Shown here piece by piece: positions 28,946 through 37,360 of a stretch of 64,000 bases of DNA. The notes beneath the pieces were generated by a model that worked only from the letters and a program-made list of their open reading frames with translations, made no database searches and had not been told where the DNA came from. Each line of letters starts with the position of its first letter. Position 1 is the first letter of the stretch. The stretch is from a bacterium (lineage in GTDB: Bacteria > Thermotogota > Thermotogae > Mesoaciditogales > Mesoaciditogaceae), in contig JAJYYZ010000006.1 of NCBI GenBank assembly GCA_021800445.1, forward strand, positions 420 through 64,419, in the 5' to 3' direction. A program made the position numbers and the translations under genes.

Positions 28946-30256
28946 TTAAACATTTTCAAAGTATTCTCTTATTTCCCAATCTGTAACTGCCGTAGAAAAT
29001 TTCTTCCATTCCGTTTCTTTCATCCTCAAAAAGATTTCAAAGGCTTTTTCTCCAAGGGTTTCTGCTACTAACTTATCCTTTTTCGAAAGTTCGAGTGCTT
29101 CAATAAGATTTGAAGGAAGAGATTTTATCTTATTTTCTGTTTTTTCTGAATCACTCATTTTGAATATATTTTGATTTATCGGCTTTGAAGGTATAAGATT
29201 TCTTTTTAAGCCATCAAGTCCGGAGGCGAGAATGACGGCAAAAGCCAAATAAGCGTTGCACGAAGAATCAGGACTTCTGTACTCAAGCCTTGTTCTTTCA
29301 CCTCTTGCCTGAGGAATTCTTACGAGTGCGGATCTGTTGCTCACCGCCCACGCAACATTTACGGGTGCTTCATAGCCGGGGACAAGTCTTTTGTAAGAAT
29401 TAACGGTTGGATTTGTTATGGCCGTTATAGCCCTTGAATGTTCAAGAAGACCTGCGACAAAATGTGTAAAAGTTTCGCTTAACTGGTATTCCCCGTTTGG
29501 ATCGTAAAAAGCATTTTGTCCGTCTTTAAAGAGACTTATATGTACATGCATTCCAGAACCATTTATACCTTCTATGGGCTTTGGCATAAAAGTTGCACGT
29601 AACCCATTTTTTATCGCTATTGTTTTAACTGCAAGTTTAAATGTTTGAACCCTATCCGCAGTTGTTAAAATATCCGCATATCTGAAATCTATTTCATGTT
29701 GTGAAGGAGAAACTTCATGATGATCCGCTTCAACCTGAAATCCCATTTCTTCAAGCGTTTGAACTATTTCACGTCTTGCAAGTTCGCTTCTGCTTAGAGG
29801 CAACATATCAAAATAACTTCCGGAATCGACAAAAATATTCTTAAGATTAAGCCCGTCTCCTTCGAAGATGAAAAATTCTGGTTCCGGTCCGGCATGGGCA
29901 TCAAAACCCATTTGACGTGCCTGATCGACGACCTTTTTTAGAATGTACCTTGGAGATTCTTCACAATTACTTCCATCTGGCTCCATGACATCGCATATGA
30001 TCCTTGCCGCTTTTGAATCTTCCCATGGAATTAAAGTAAAAGTTGATAAATCCGGTTTCAGATACATGTCTGATTCGTTTATTCTCGCAAAACCTTCGAT
30101 GGAAGAACCATCAAACATTACCTTGTTATCGAGCACACGGTTGATATCCGAAGTGGGAACGCTTACCTGCTTTAGCGTACCATCCAAATCCGTAAATTGA
30201 AGTCTCACGATCTTTACATTTTTTTCTTTGATGATTTTAAGTAATTCTTCTTTCAT
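28946..30256 (-). CDS. glnA: Glutamine synthetase type I
   Basis: MFDGSSIEGF, GPEPEFF, HHEV..SQHEIDF, NGSGMHVH, SYKRLVPGYEAP and RLEYRSPD motifs; ATG 30256 is properly spaced from the AGGAGG RBS. Confidence 0.97.
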   Translation of the reverse strand: MKEELLKIIKEKNVKIVRLQFTDLDGTLKQVSVPTSDINRVLDNKVMFDGSSIEGFARINESDMYLKPDLSTFTLIPWEDSKAARIICDVMEPDGSNCEESPRYILKKVVDQARQMGFDAHAGPEPEFFIFEGDGLNLKNIFVDSGSYFDMLPLSRSELARREIVQTLEEMGFQVEADHHEVSPSQHEIDFRYADILTTADRVQTFKLAVKTIAIKNGLRATFMPKPIEGINGSGMHVHISLFKDGQNAFYDPNGEYQLSETFTHFVAGLLEHSRAITAITNPTVNSYKRLVPGYEAPVNVAWAVSNRSALVRIPQARGERTRLEYRSPDSSCNAYLAFAVILASGLDGLKRNLIPSKPINQNIFKMSDSEKTENKIKSLPSNLIEALELSKKDKLVAETLGEKAFEIFLRMKETEWKKFSTAVTDWEIREYFENV

Positions 30257-30273
30257 CCGCATACCTCCTATAC

Positions 30274-30308
30274 AAAAATTAAGGCCGGTGATTCTATCTC
30301 ACCGGCCT
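30274..30308 (-). terminator. Attenuator terminator in the glnA leader
   Basis: AGGCCGGUGA-GAUAGAA-UCACCGGCCU followed by UAAUUUUU, immediately before the glnA RBS. Confidence 0.88.
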
Positions 30309-30332
30309 CTTGGGAATTTCTTTTATCAAAAA

Positions 30333-30395
30333 TCAACCCCATCGACCAGTGTCGATCGGATTATTATTGTTATTTGTCTTAAAAAAAATGAACAT
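30333..30395 (-). CDS. Asn-rich leader peptide MFIFFKTNNNNNPIDTGRWG (below ORF-track cutoff)
   Basis: GGAGG RBS at 30402-06, 6 nt before the ATG; codons AAT AAC AAT AAT AAT at 30360-74; TGA at 30333. Confidence 0.82.
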   Translation of the reverse strand: MFIFFKTNNNNNPIDTGRWG

Positions 30396-30423
30396 GCTTT
30401 GCCTCCAAAAATCCTTTTGGAAA

Positions 30424-30452
30424 ATCATAGCACAAAAAACTTATGTTGTCAA
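30424..30452 (-). promoter_or_regulatory. Sigma70 promoter of leader-glnA
   Basis: TTGACA (30447-52), 17 nt, TATGAT (30424-29). Confidence 0.88.
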
Positions 30453-30500
30453 TACGCACGCACAGACGTACCTAAAATTCTTTAAGAAAATGTAAACAGT

Positions 30501-30668
30501 TATACTGAATTCACTTTAAAAGTCGAATGCTTATTTACCGAAACGGAAAACATGATGCCGAGAGGTGGCTTTTTCAAAAAAACTACCCTCTGCTGCGGTT
30601 AACTACTCCCTATAGACGAGGGGGTCTTCTTTGAAAGAAATAGATAAATAGACATTCAACTTGATATA
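30501..30668. mobile_element. MITE family 2, degenerate copy
   Basis: TATACTGAATTCACTTTAAAAGTCGAATGCTTATTTACCG at 30501-40; possible eroded other end near 30645-68. Confidence 0.55.
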
Positions 30669-30735
30669 TATCACAAAGGCCGTTTTTGTGATATCATACT
30701 TTATGTGTAAATTCGATCGGGAGGAAGTGTAAACG

Positions 30736-31251
30736 TTGTTAGACTTGAAATCTTACATAAGGGACATTCAGAATTTTCCGAAGGATGGAGTCGCATTTAA
30801 AGATATAACGCCACTTTTAAAGAGTCCAGAAGCTTTTGCCTTTGCGATTGAAGAAATGTCAAAAATTGTCGCCGAATGGAGTCCAAATAAAATTGTCGCG
30901 GCTGAAGCAAGAGGATTCATCTTCGCGGCGCCCATAGCGTATAATCTAAAGGTTGGATTTGTTCCGATAAGGAAACCCGGTAAATTACCTTACTTTACGG
31001 TAAACGAAGAATATTACCTCGAATACGCCAAAGCAAAGATCGAAATGCACGTTGATGCCATCGATCCGAATGAAAAAGTTGTCATAATAGATGATATACT
31101 TGCAACAGGCGGAACCTCGCTTGCTATGGCACATCTTGTTGAGAAATTGGGAGGCATCGTTTGCGGTATGGCTTTTCTTGGCGAACTCTCTTTCCTTGAA
31201 CCAAGAAAAAATCTTAGAAATTACGATGTTAAAAGTCTTTTGACATATTGA
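30736..31251 (+). CDS. apt: Adenine phosphoribosyltransferase
   Basis: EARGF, RKPGKLP and VIIDDILATGGT motifs. Confidence 0.96.
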   Translation: MLDLKSYIRDIQNFPKDGVAFKDITPLLKSPEAFAFAIEEMSKIVAEWSPNKIVAAEARGFIFAAPIAYNLKVGFVPIRKPGKLPYFTVNEEYYLEYAKAKIEMHVDAIDPNEKVVIIDDILATGGTSLAMAHLVEKLGGIVCGMAFLGELSFLEPRKNLRNYDVKSLLTY

Positions 31252-31260
31252 AAGGAGGAA

Positions 31261-32637
31261 TTGATTTTGAAATTCGACTTCACCAACGCTCTTGGTGAGA
31301 ATTTGCTTGATGGCATAAAATACGAAGGCATAAAAGGTATTACGGGTAGGTTGCATGCTTTTTTGGAAAATTTTAGGCAAAATCCTCCAGGCTTTGTAAA
31401 GGTTTTTAAAGATTCTTCGCATCTTGAACAAATTCTCAAGGTAGCAGATAAATGCAAAAAATTTGAGAATTTCGTGCTCGTCGGTATAGGTGGATCGGCT
31501 TTAGGCAATCAGGCTGTCTTTGGCGCATTGTTTCATCCTATGTGGAACAGTTTGCCAAAGAATAAAAGAAATGGATTTCCAAGATTTTTTGTGATGGATA
31601 ACGTTGATCCGGAACACATAGCATCAATTTTGGATATCGTAGATCCAGCCGAAAGCGTCTTTAACATCGTCAGCAAATCTGGTTCAACCTCTGAAACTAT
31701 GGCGAATTATCTCGTCGTAAGAGGTATCCTTGAGGCGCGCGGTCTTGATCCACGGGAACACCTTGTTTTCACGACAGATCCAAATGAAGGCGTGCTGAGA
31801 AAAATTTCAATAGACGAAAATATTCCGGCACTTGAGGTGCCTTCAAATGTTGGCGGAAGATTCAGCGTCTTAACCGCCGTTGGCCTTTTGAGTGGGGCCT
31901 CAACGGGCGTTGACGTAAAAAAAATGCTTGATGGTGCACAGGAAGAAGTTGACAGATTTAAAAACGAGGATGATACCTTCAAAAACCCTGTATTGCTTAA
32001 TGCGGCAATTCATTACCTTTATTCCCGCGGTGGCAAATCCATTTCCGTCATGATGCCTTATTCCAACGCACTTTACACGCTTGCGGATTGGTACAGGCAG
32101 TTATGGGCAGAATCACTTGGAAAAGAAAAGTCTTTGACTGGAGAAACAGTTAATGCCGGACAAACTCCTATAAAATCTCTTGGAACGATAGATCAACACT
32201 CACAGGTTCAACTTTACATGGAAGGACCAAATGACAAAGTTATAACTTTTTTGCGAGTAGAGTCATTCAGAAGAAATTTGAAAATTCCTGTCGTTCATCA
32301 GGATAGAAAAGAACTTTCTTATCTTTGCAACAACGAAATGAAAGATCTCATAAATTATGAGCAAGAGGCAACCTCTCTTGCACTTTTAGAACATGGAAGA
32401 CCAAATCTCACCATTTCCTTCGATTCAATAAATGAAACTGAAATTGGAAGATTTTTTGGCTATTACGAATTGCTTGTGACTGCCATGGGCTTTCTTTACA
32501 ACATAAACACTTTCGATCAACCCGGAGTAGAACTTGGAAAACAAAACACTTACGCTCTGATGAACAGAAAAGGTTACGAAGCACAAAAACAACACATTGA
32601 GGATGTAAAGAAAAACTTGAAAATATTCAAAATTTAA
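31261..32637 (+). CDS. pgi: Glucose-6-phosphate isomerase
   Basis: GIGGSALG, SKSGSTSET, VGGRFSV, QLWAESLGK and FDQPGVE motifs. Confidence 0.96.
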   Translation: MILKFDFTNALGENLLDGIKYEGIKGITGRLHAFLENFRQNPPGFVKVFKDSSHLEQILKVADKCKKFENFVLVGIGGSALGNQAVFGALFHPMWNSLPKNKRNGFPRFFVMDNVDPEHIASILDIVDPAESVFNIVSKSGSTSETMANYLVVRGILEARGLDPREHLVFTTDPNEGVLRKISIDENIPALEVPSNVGGRFSVLTAVGLLSGASTGVDVKKMLDGAQEEVDRFKNEDDTFKNPVLLNAAIHYLYSRGGKSISVMMPYSNALYTLADWYRQLWAESLGKEKSLTGETVNAGQTPIKSLGTIDQHSQVQLYMEGPNDKVITFLRVESFRRNLKIPVVHQDRKELSYLCNNEMKDLINYEQEATSLALLEHGRPNLTISFDSINETEIGRFFGYYELLVTAMGFLYNINTFDQPGVELGKQNTYALMNRKGYEAQKQHIEDVKKNLKIFKI

Positions 32638-32651
32638 GGAGATGAGATATC

Positions 32652-33956
32652 TTGATAGTCTGGAAGTTCAAGGGAGGAATCCATCCACCAACGAAAAAAT
32701 TGGCAAAAGATTCCAAAATTGAGAAGATGGAGTCATCAAAACGTTTTTATCTCTTTCTTGCCCAGAATTCCGGTAATCCTCCAAAGTTGATCGTTCAAGC
32801 AGGAAGTGAGGTTAAAACCGGCCAGCGAATTGCCGATGCCGATGGTTTTGTTTCCGTCCCGCTCCATTCTCCGGTTACCGGAAAGGTTGTGGAAATAAAG
32901 AAAGAAAAACATCCCGTTACTGGAAGACCAGCGGATATGGTTGTGATAGAAAAAACCAAAGCAGATGAATGGATCAAACTCGATCCTGTAAAGCCATACA
33001 CCGATTACACGCCTGATGAGATCAAGAAACGTGTCGTCGAAGCAGGCATAGTTGGACTTGGTGGTGCGACCTTCCCAACCCATGTTAAACTTGCTCCTTC
33101 CAAAAAAGTTGATACCGTTATTTTAAATGGAGCGGAATGTGAGCCTTATCTTACGATAGATCATCGCATGATGGTCGAGTATGCCGATGAAATCTGTAAA
33201 GGTGGGGTTGCAATAGCAAAGGCCATTGGGGCAACGAAGATATTCGCAGGCATAGAAGAAAATAAACCTGATGCCATAGAGGCAATGAAAAAGGCTGGGA
33301 ATCCGATGGGGATAGAAATCGTTGTGCTTCCGACGAAATATCCTCAGGGATCTGAAAAGCATCTCATATACGCGATAACAAAAAAAGAGGTACCATCAGG
33401 TGGGCTGCCGATGGATGTGGGTGTTGTCGTGGATAACGTTTCCACAGCAAGGGCCATTTACAGGGCACTTGAATACGGCGAGCCTTTGATAGAAAGAGGC
33501 CTAACTATAACGGGAGAAGGCGTTAAAGCGTCTAAAAATGTTTTTGCAAGAATAGGCACTCCTCTGTCAGATCTCGTGAATTATGCTTCTCCAACCGAAG
33601 ATGCACAAAGAGTTATACTTGGAGGGCCTATGACCGGTGTGGCAGTTGATTCGCTTGATATTGGCATATCCAAAGGTACCTCCGGCATAACCGTTTTACC
33701 CGAAATGATTGTGAAAAAAGCCTCAGAGACAAATTGCATAAGATGTTACAGGTGCGTTGACGCATGTCCAACGAACCTTGAACCTTACTTGCTTTACAAG
33801 CAATTCAAGAAGAAAATGTTCAACGAAATGAAGGAAACACATCTTATGGATTGCATAGAATGCGGATCATGTGCCTACGTGTGTCCTGCCAACATAGATC
33901 ATGTCAAGGCTTTCAAGACGGCAAAACTCGTCGTCAGAACATTGGGGAGGCGATGA
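32652..33956 (+). CDS. rnfC: Rnf complex subunit C
   Basis: GGIHPP, GLGGATFPTHVK, NGAECEPYLT; two CxxCxxCxxxCP motifs. Confidence 0.96.
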   Translation: MIVWKFKGGIHPPTKKLAKDSKIEKMESSKRFYLFLAQNSGNPPKLIVQAGSEVKTGQRIADADGFVSVPLHSPVTGKVVEIKKEKHPVTGRPADMVVIEKTKADEWIKLDPVKPYTDYTPDEIKKRVVEAGIVGLGGATFPTHVKLAPSKKVDTVILNGAECEPYLTIDHRMMVEYADEICKGGVAIAKAIGATKIFAGIEENKPDAIEAMKKAGNPMGIEIVVLPTKYPQGSEKHLIYAITKKEVPSGGLPMDVGVVVDNVSTARAIYRALEYGEPLIERGLTITGEGVKASKNVFARIGTPLSDLVNYASPTEDAQRVILGGPMTGVAVDSLDIGISKGTSGITVLPEMIVKKASETNCIRCYRCVDACPTNLEPYLLYKQFKKKMFNEMKETHLMDCIECGSCAYVCPANIDHVKAFKTAKLVVRTLGRR

Positions 33957-33960
33957 TCGA

Positions 33961-34950
33961 ATGAAACTTTTGACAGGGCCGGCTCCTCACATCCACGATA
34001 ATATATCGACAAGAAGGATAATGCTGGATGTGTTGATAGCTCTAACCCCAGCAGCCATCTTGGCAGTTTTGATGTGGGGATGGTACATGCTGCTTTTGGA
34101 AATCGGATCTATGGCTTTTGCAGAATTTTTGGAACTTTTTGTGATGAGGGTTTTCAGAAAGAAAAAAGATTTTGTTCCGGATCTTTCGGCTTCGGTTACT
34201 GCGCTTTTGCTTGTTTTCAACGTACCGGCTGGAATATCATGGTGGACAATGGCCACGGGTATTCTTGTTGCGATAATAATAGGTAAAGAGATATTCGGAG
34301 GCATTGGTAACAACCCGTTCAATCCAGCACTGGTTGGACGTCTTTTCATGTACATCTCCTTTCCGGTCGCCATGATAACATGGCCTGAAGTCAACTGGCT
34401 TCACTTCTGGGCACCGGCATACGATGTGGCGACAACGGCAACTCCTTTGGGAGAAGCAAAATTGCACGGCGTTGCGGCTGCAACTCAACTTTTTCATGGC
34501 TTGACCTGGACTTCATTTCTTGGAATAATTCCTGGATCTGCAGGTGAAACAAGTGCTTTGCTTTTGATAATAGGTTTCCTTTATTTATGGTGGAGAAAGG
34601 TGGTATCTTACGAAATACCCGTGGCATACATAGGAACGACATTTGTGCTATCGGCTATTTTCTGGATGGCCAATCCTTCCGCTTATTACGATCCTTTAAC
34701 TTCGATAATGGTTGGTGGTTTAATGTTAGGTGCTCTCTTTATGGCGACAGATCCGGTCACAAGCCCTGTTACATCACGTGGAAAGTGGATTTTCGGAATA
34801 GGGGCAGGTGTTATAACTGTACTTATAAGATACATAGGTGCATATCCGGAAGGTGTCAATTTTGCCATAATTCTTATGAATGCACTTGTGCCATTCATAA
34901 ACCAGTTCACCAAAAGAAGAGTTTTTGGGGCGGTGAAAGAAAATGGCTAA
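33961..34950 (+). CDS. rnfD: Rnf complex subunit D
   Basis: ATG 33961; NPFNPALVGR, TTATPL (FMN Thr), GETS and FMATDPVTSP motifs. Confidence 0.95.
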   Translation: MKLLTGPAPHIHDNISTRRIMLDVLIALTPAAILAVLMWGWYMLLLEIGSMAFAEFLELFVMRVFRKKKDFVPDLSASVTALLLVFNVPAGISWWTMATGILVAIIIGKEIFGGIGNNPFNPALVGRLFMYISFPVAMITWPEVNWLHFWAPAYDVATTATPLGEAKLHGVAAATQLFHGLTWTSFLGIIPGSAGETSALLLIIGFLYLWWRKVVSYEIPVAYIGTTFVLSAIFWMANPSAYYDPLTSIMVGGLMLGALFMATDPVTSPVTSRGKWIFGIGAGVITVLIRYIGAYPEGVNFAIILMNALVPFINQFTKRRVFGAVKENG

Positions 34951-35662
34951 TCACGTCAAGATCGCTTTAATTTTGACTGTTGTAATGGTTGTAATAGGAG
35001 TCATACTTGCCGGCGTTTACCTTATGACATACACTCCTATTGCCAAGGCCGACCTGAACGCCAAGTTTAAGGCTATAAAGTTTGTTCTTACAGATCAAAC
35101 GACCGGCCAACTGCTTGTGAATCAGGATCAGATTCCTGAAACTATGGCCGAACTTAACGCTAAAATATGGAAATCAAATTCTTCCGGCGTGCTTTACTCT
35201 AACACAAAATTACCGGGGTACGTACTTTCTCCCGCTTACATTTTCAAAGGAAAGAACGGAAGCAATATCTATATCTTAACAGGTTACGGTATAGGATTTG
35301 GTGGGAGAGTTGTAACTGTGGCATCTTTTATTCAGCAAAAAAACGGAGGATTTCTTGAAAGTGCCATAGATGTGATAGATTATTCAACTGAAACACCGGG
35401 CCTTGGCGCAAAGATAAACGATCCGGATGTCAGAAGCAGATTTTTTGATATACCAAATTCAGGTCTCAAAGATGGTGTAAAGGTAAACAAAGATGCAGAT
35501 ATTTTTCCGTTGCCATCAAATTACGAATCTGAAATTCCCACTTACAAAAAAGAAGGAATTGTAGTTACAAGCGACGTTATGACCGGAGCGACGATAACTC
35601 CGCGTGCTGTCGCAAATACATTGAATGCCATGTATGAATTCCTTGAAAGGGAGGTAAAGTGA
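34943..35662 (+). CDS. rnfG: Rnf complex subunit G
   Basis: ETPGLG and TGATIT FMN-binding motifs. Confidence 0.93.
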   Translation: MANHVKIALILTVVMVVIGVILAGVYLMTYTPIAKADLNAKFKAIKFVLTDQTTGQLLVNQDQIPETMAELNAKIWKSNSSGVLYSNTKLPGYVLSPAYIFKGKNGSNIYILTGYGIGFGGRVVTVASFIQQKNGGFLESAIDVIDYSTETPGLGAKINDPDVRSRFFDIPNSGLKDGVKVNKDADIFPLPSNYESEIPTYKKEGIVVTSDVMTGATITPRAVANTLNAMYEFLEREVK

Positions 35663-36300
35663 TGGCTAATCAAAATGGCGAAACGAGTTTATCCGTATTA
35701 ACATCTGGATGGATAAAGCAAAATCCCACCTTCGTTCAGGTGCTTGGTCTTTGTCCTGTGCTTGCCGTTTCAACGAACGCTGAAAACGCGCTTGGTATGG
35801 GATTAGCAACACTTGGAGTACTTGCAATTTCGAATTTGTTCATCTCATTTGTAAGAAATATAATTCCGAATGAGATAAGAATACCTGTCTATATATCAAT
35901 AATAGCGGCATTTGTGACGATGGTTAACCTCCTAATGCACGGATACACTTACAATTTGTGGGTAAGCCTTGGAATATACATACCACTTATAGTTGTTAAT
36001 TGTATACCACTTGGTCGAGCCGAGGTTTTTGCTTCAAAACATGGTCCGTGGAAATCTTTCTTGGATGGCCTTGGCATGGGTATAGGTTTTCTTGGAGCCA
36101 TAATGCTACTGGGAATAACGCGTGAACTTTTCGATGCCGGAACGATTTTTGGTTATAGAATATGGCCAAGTGCTTACAACGTCTTTGTCGTGGCGCTTCC
36201 TCCAGGGGCCTTTTTGGTCATAGGACTTTACATGGGACTTTTTAGATACATAGGAAAGATGAGAAGCCAGAAGAAAGTTGAAGGAGATGAAAGCAAATGA
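35662..36300 (+). CDS. rnfE: Rnf complex subunit E
   Basis: LGLCP.LAV and LIVVNC..LGRAE motifs. Confidence 0.95.
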   Translation: MANQNGETSLSVLTSGWIKQNPTFVQVLGLCPVLAVSTNAENALGMGLATLGVLAISNLFISFVRNIIPNEIRIPVYISIIAAFVTMVNLLMHGYTYNLWVSLGIYIPLIVVNCIPLGRAEVFASKHGPWKSFLDGLGMGIGFLGAIMLLGITRELFDAGTIFGYRIWPSAYNVFVVALPPGAFLVIGLYMGLFRYIGKMRSQKKVEGDESK

Positions 36301-36887
36301 ATGCAAATTTTGGTGAACTTTTTGCTTTGATGTTTTCTGCAATGCTTGTTTACAACTTTTTACTTTCAAGATTCCTTGGTATGTGTTCTTTCTTTGGAGT
36401 TTCTCAAAAGATAGACACGGCAGTTGGAATGTCGATAGCCGTTATATTCGTCATGGTCGCTTCTGGCATATCCGCATGGGTGCTTAACCTTTTGCTTATT
36501 GCATGGAATTTGGAATTTTTACAAATACTTGTCTTTGTGCTTGTCATAGCCGCACTTGTGCAATTCATAGAGATCTTCGTTAAAAAGACAAATCCTGTGC
36601 TCTACAACGCACTTGGGATATATTTACCTTTGATAACGACGAACTGTGCCGTGCTTGGCGTTGTACTCTTGAATCTCAATCAAAGTTATGATCTCATGCA
36701 GACGATCTTTAACACGGTCGGTTCGGCCCTCGGTTATGCTCTTGCGATAATTCTATTTGCATCCATAAGAGAAAGGCTTAGCATAGACGAACTTCCGCCT
36801 GTTTTTGAAGGTATGCCGGCCGCGTTCATAACGGCTTTTGTGCTTTCGATGGGGTTCATAGCATTTAGTGGCATGATAAAGGTGTGA
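36297..36887 (+). CDS. rnfA: Rnf complex subunit A
   Basis: FLGMCSF and YLPLITTNCAVLG motifs. Confidence 0.95.
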   Translation: MNANFGELFALMFSAMLVYNFLLSRFLGMCSFFGVSQKIDTAVGMSIAVIFVMVASGISAWVLNLLLIAWNLEFLQILVFVLVIAALVQFIEIFVKKTNPVLYNALGIYLPLITTNCAVLGVVLLNLNQSYDLMQTIFNTVGSALGYALAIILFASIRERLSIDELPPVFEGMPAAFITAFVLSMGFIAFSGMIKV

Positions 36888-36892
36888 TCGGT

Positions 36893-37216
36893 ATGATGAC
36901 CTTTGTTTATTCTATTTTGGTACTTGGAATAATGGGTTTTGGAATAGGCGTAGCGCTTTCGGTGGCCGCAAAAAAATTCGAAGTGAAAGCAGATCCCAAA
37001 GTTGAAGAAATAATCAAAGCTTTGCCGGGAGCGAATTGCGGTATGTGTGGTTATGCAGGATGCGCAGCGTATGCACATGCAATAGTCGAGCAGCACGTTT
37101 CATTTGATCTTTGCGTTCCGGGCAGAAAAGGCGGAGTCGGCGAGAAAGTAAAAGAGATAATGACCAAAGCCAGTTCTGAAAATGCAAATACACAAAAACA
37201 AACAGCCTCTCATTGA
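36893..37216 (+). CDS. rnfB: Rnf complex subunit B, short form (TM anchor plus one FeS domain)
   Basis: LPGANCGMCGYAGC...CVPG; no ferredoxin domains follow. Confidence 0.88.
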   Translation: MMTFVYSILVLGIMGFGIGVALSVAAKKFEVKADPKVEEIIKALPGANCGMCGYAGCAAYAHAIVEQHVSFDLCVPGRKGGVGEKVKEIMTKASSENANTQKQTASH

Positions 37217-37226
37217 GAGGCTGTTT
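37200..37226 (+). terminator. Terminator after rnfB
   Basis: AAACAGCCTCTCA-T-TGAGAGGCTGTTT plus a T tract. Confidence 0.8.
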
Positions 37227-37229
37227 TAT

Positions 37230-37286
37230 TTTAACCTTTTTTGAGCAAGCATTCTCCCACTTCTATAAGTGGTGGGGGCATGTCAC
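37230..37286 (+). mobile_element. Minimal IS605-derived element (family 1, copy D)
   Basis: TTTAACCTTTTTTGAGCAAGCATTCTCCCACTTCTATAAGTGGTGGGGGCATGTCAC. Confidence 0.72.
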
Positions 37287-37360
37287 TGTCGAATCCTGCT
37301 TTTCAGCCGCATTTTCTATTTGTCATGTGCCATATGCCGTTTTTCCTGACTGTTCACCCG

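Noticed and set aside
30381-30388. Programmed frameshift at the U8 run of the leader peptide
   Set aside because: The alternative frames give no plausible product, and the Asn frame fits the attenuator geometry without a shift. It remains a homopolymer-error caveat.
30257-30500. glnA glutamine riboswitch, T-box or GlnR/TnrA box
   Set aside because: No TGTNA-N7-TNACA site, no T-box UGGNACC sequence and no recognisable aptamer. The leader is fully accounted for by the uORF and hairpins.
30668-30695. Rex or CRP site before apt-pgi-rnf (ATATCACAAA...TTTGTGATAT)
   Set aside because: The half-sites are in the reverse orientation to the TGTGA...TCACA consensus; it remains an unassigned inverted repeat.
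36893-37360. rnfB as a frameshifted pseudogene
   Set aside because: No ferredoxin CxxCxxCxxxC motif in any frame downstream, and a terminator overlaps the stop.
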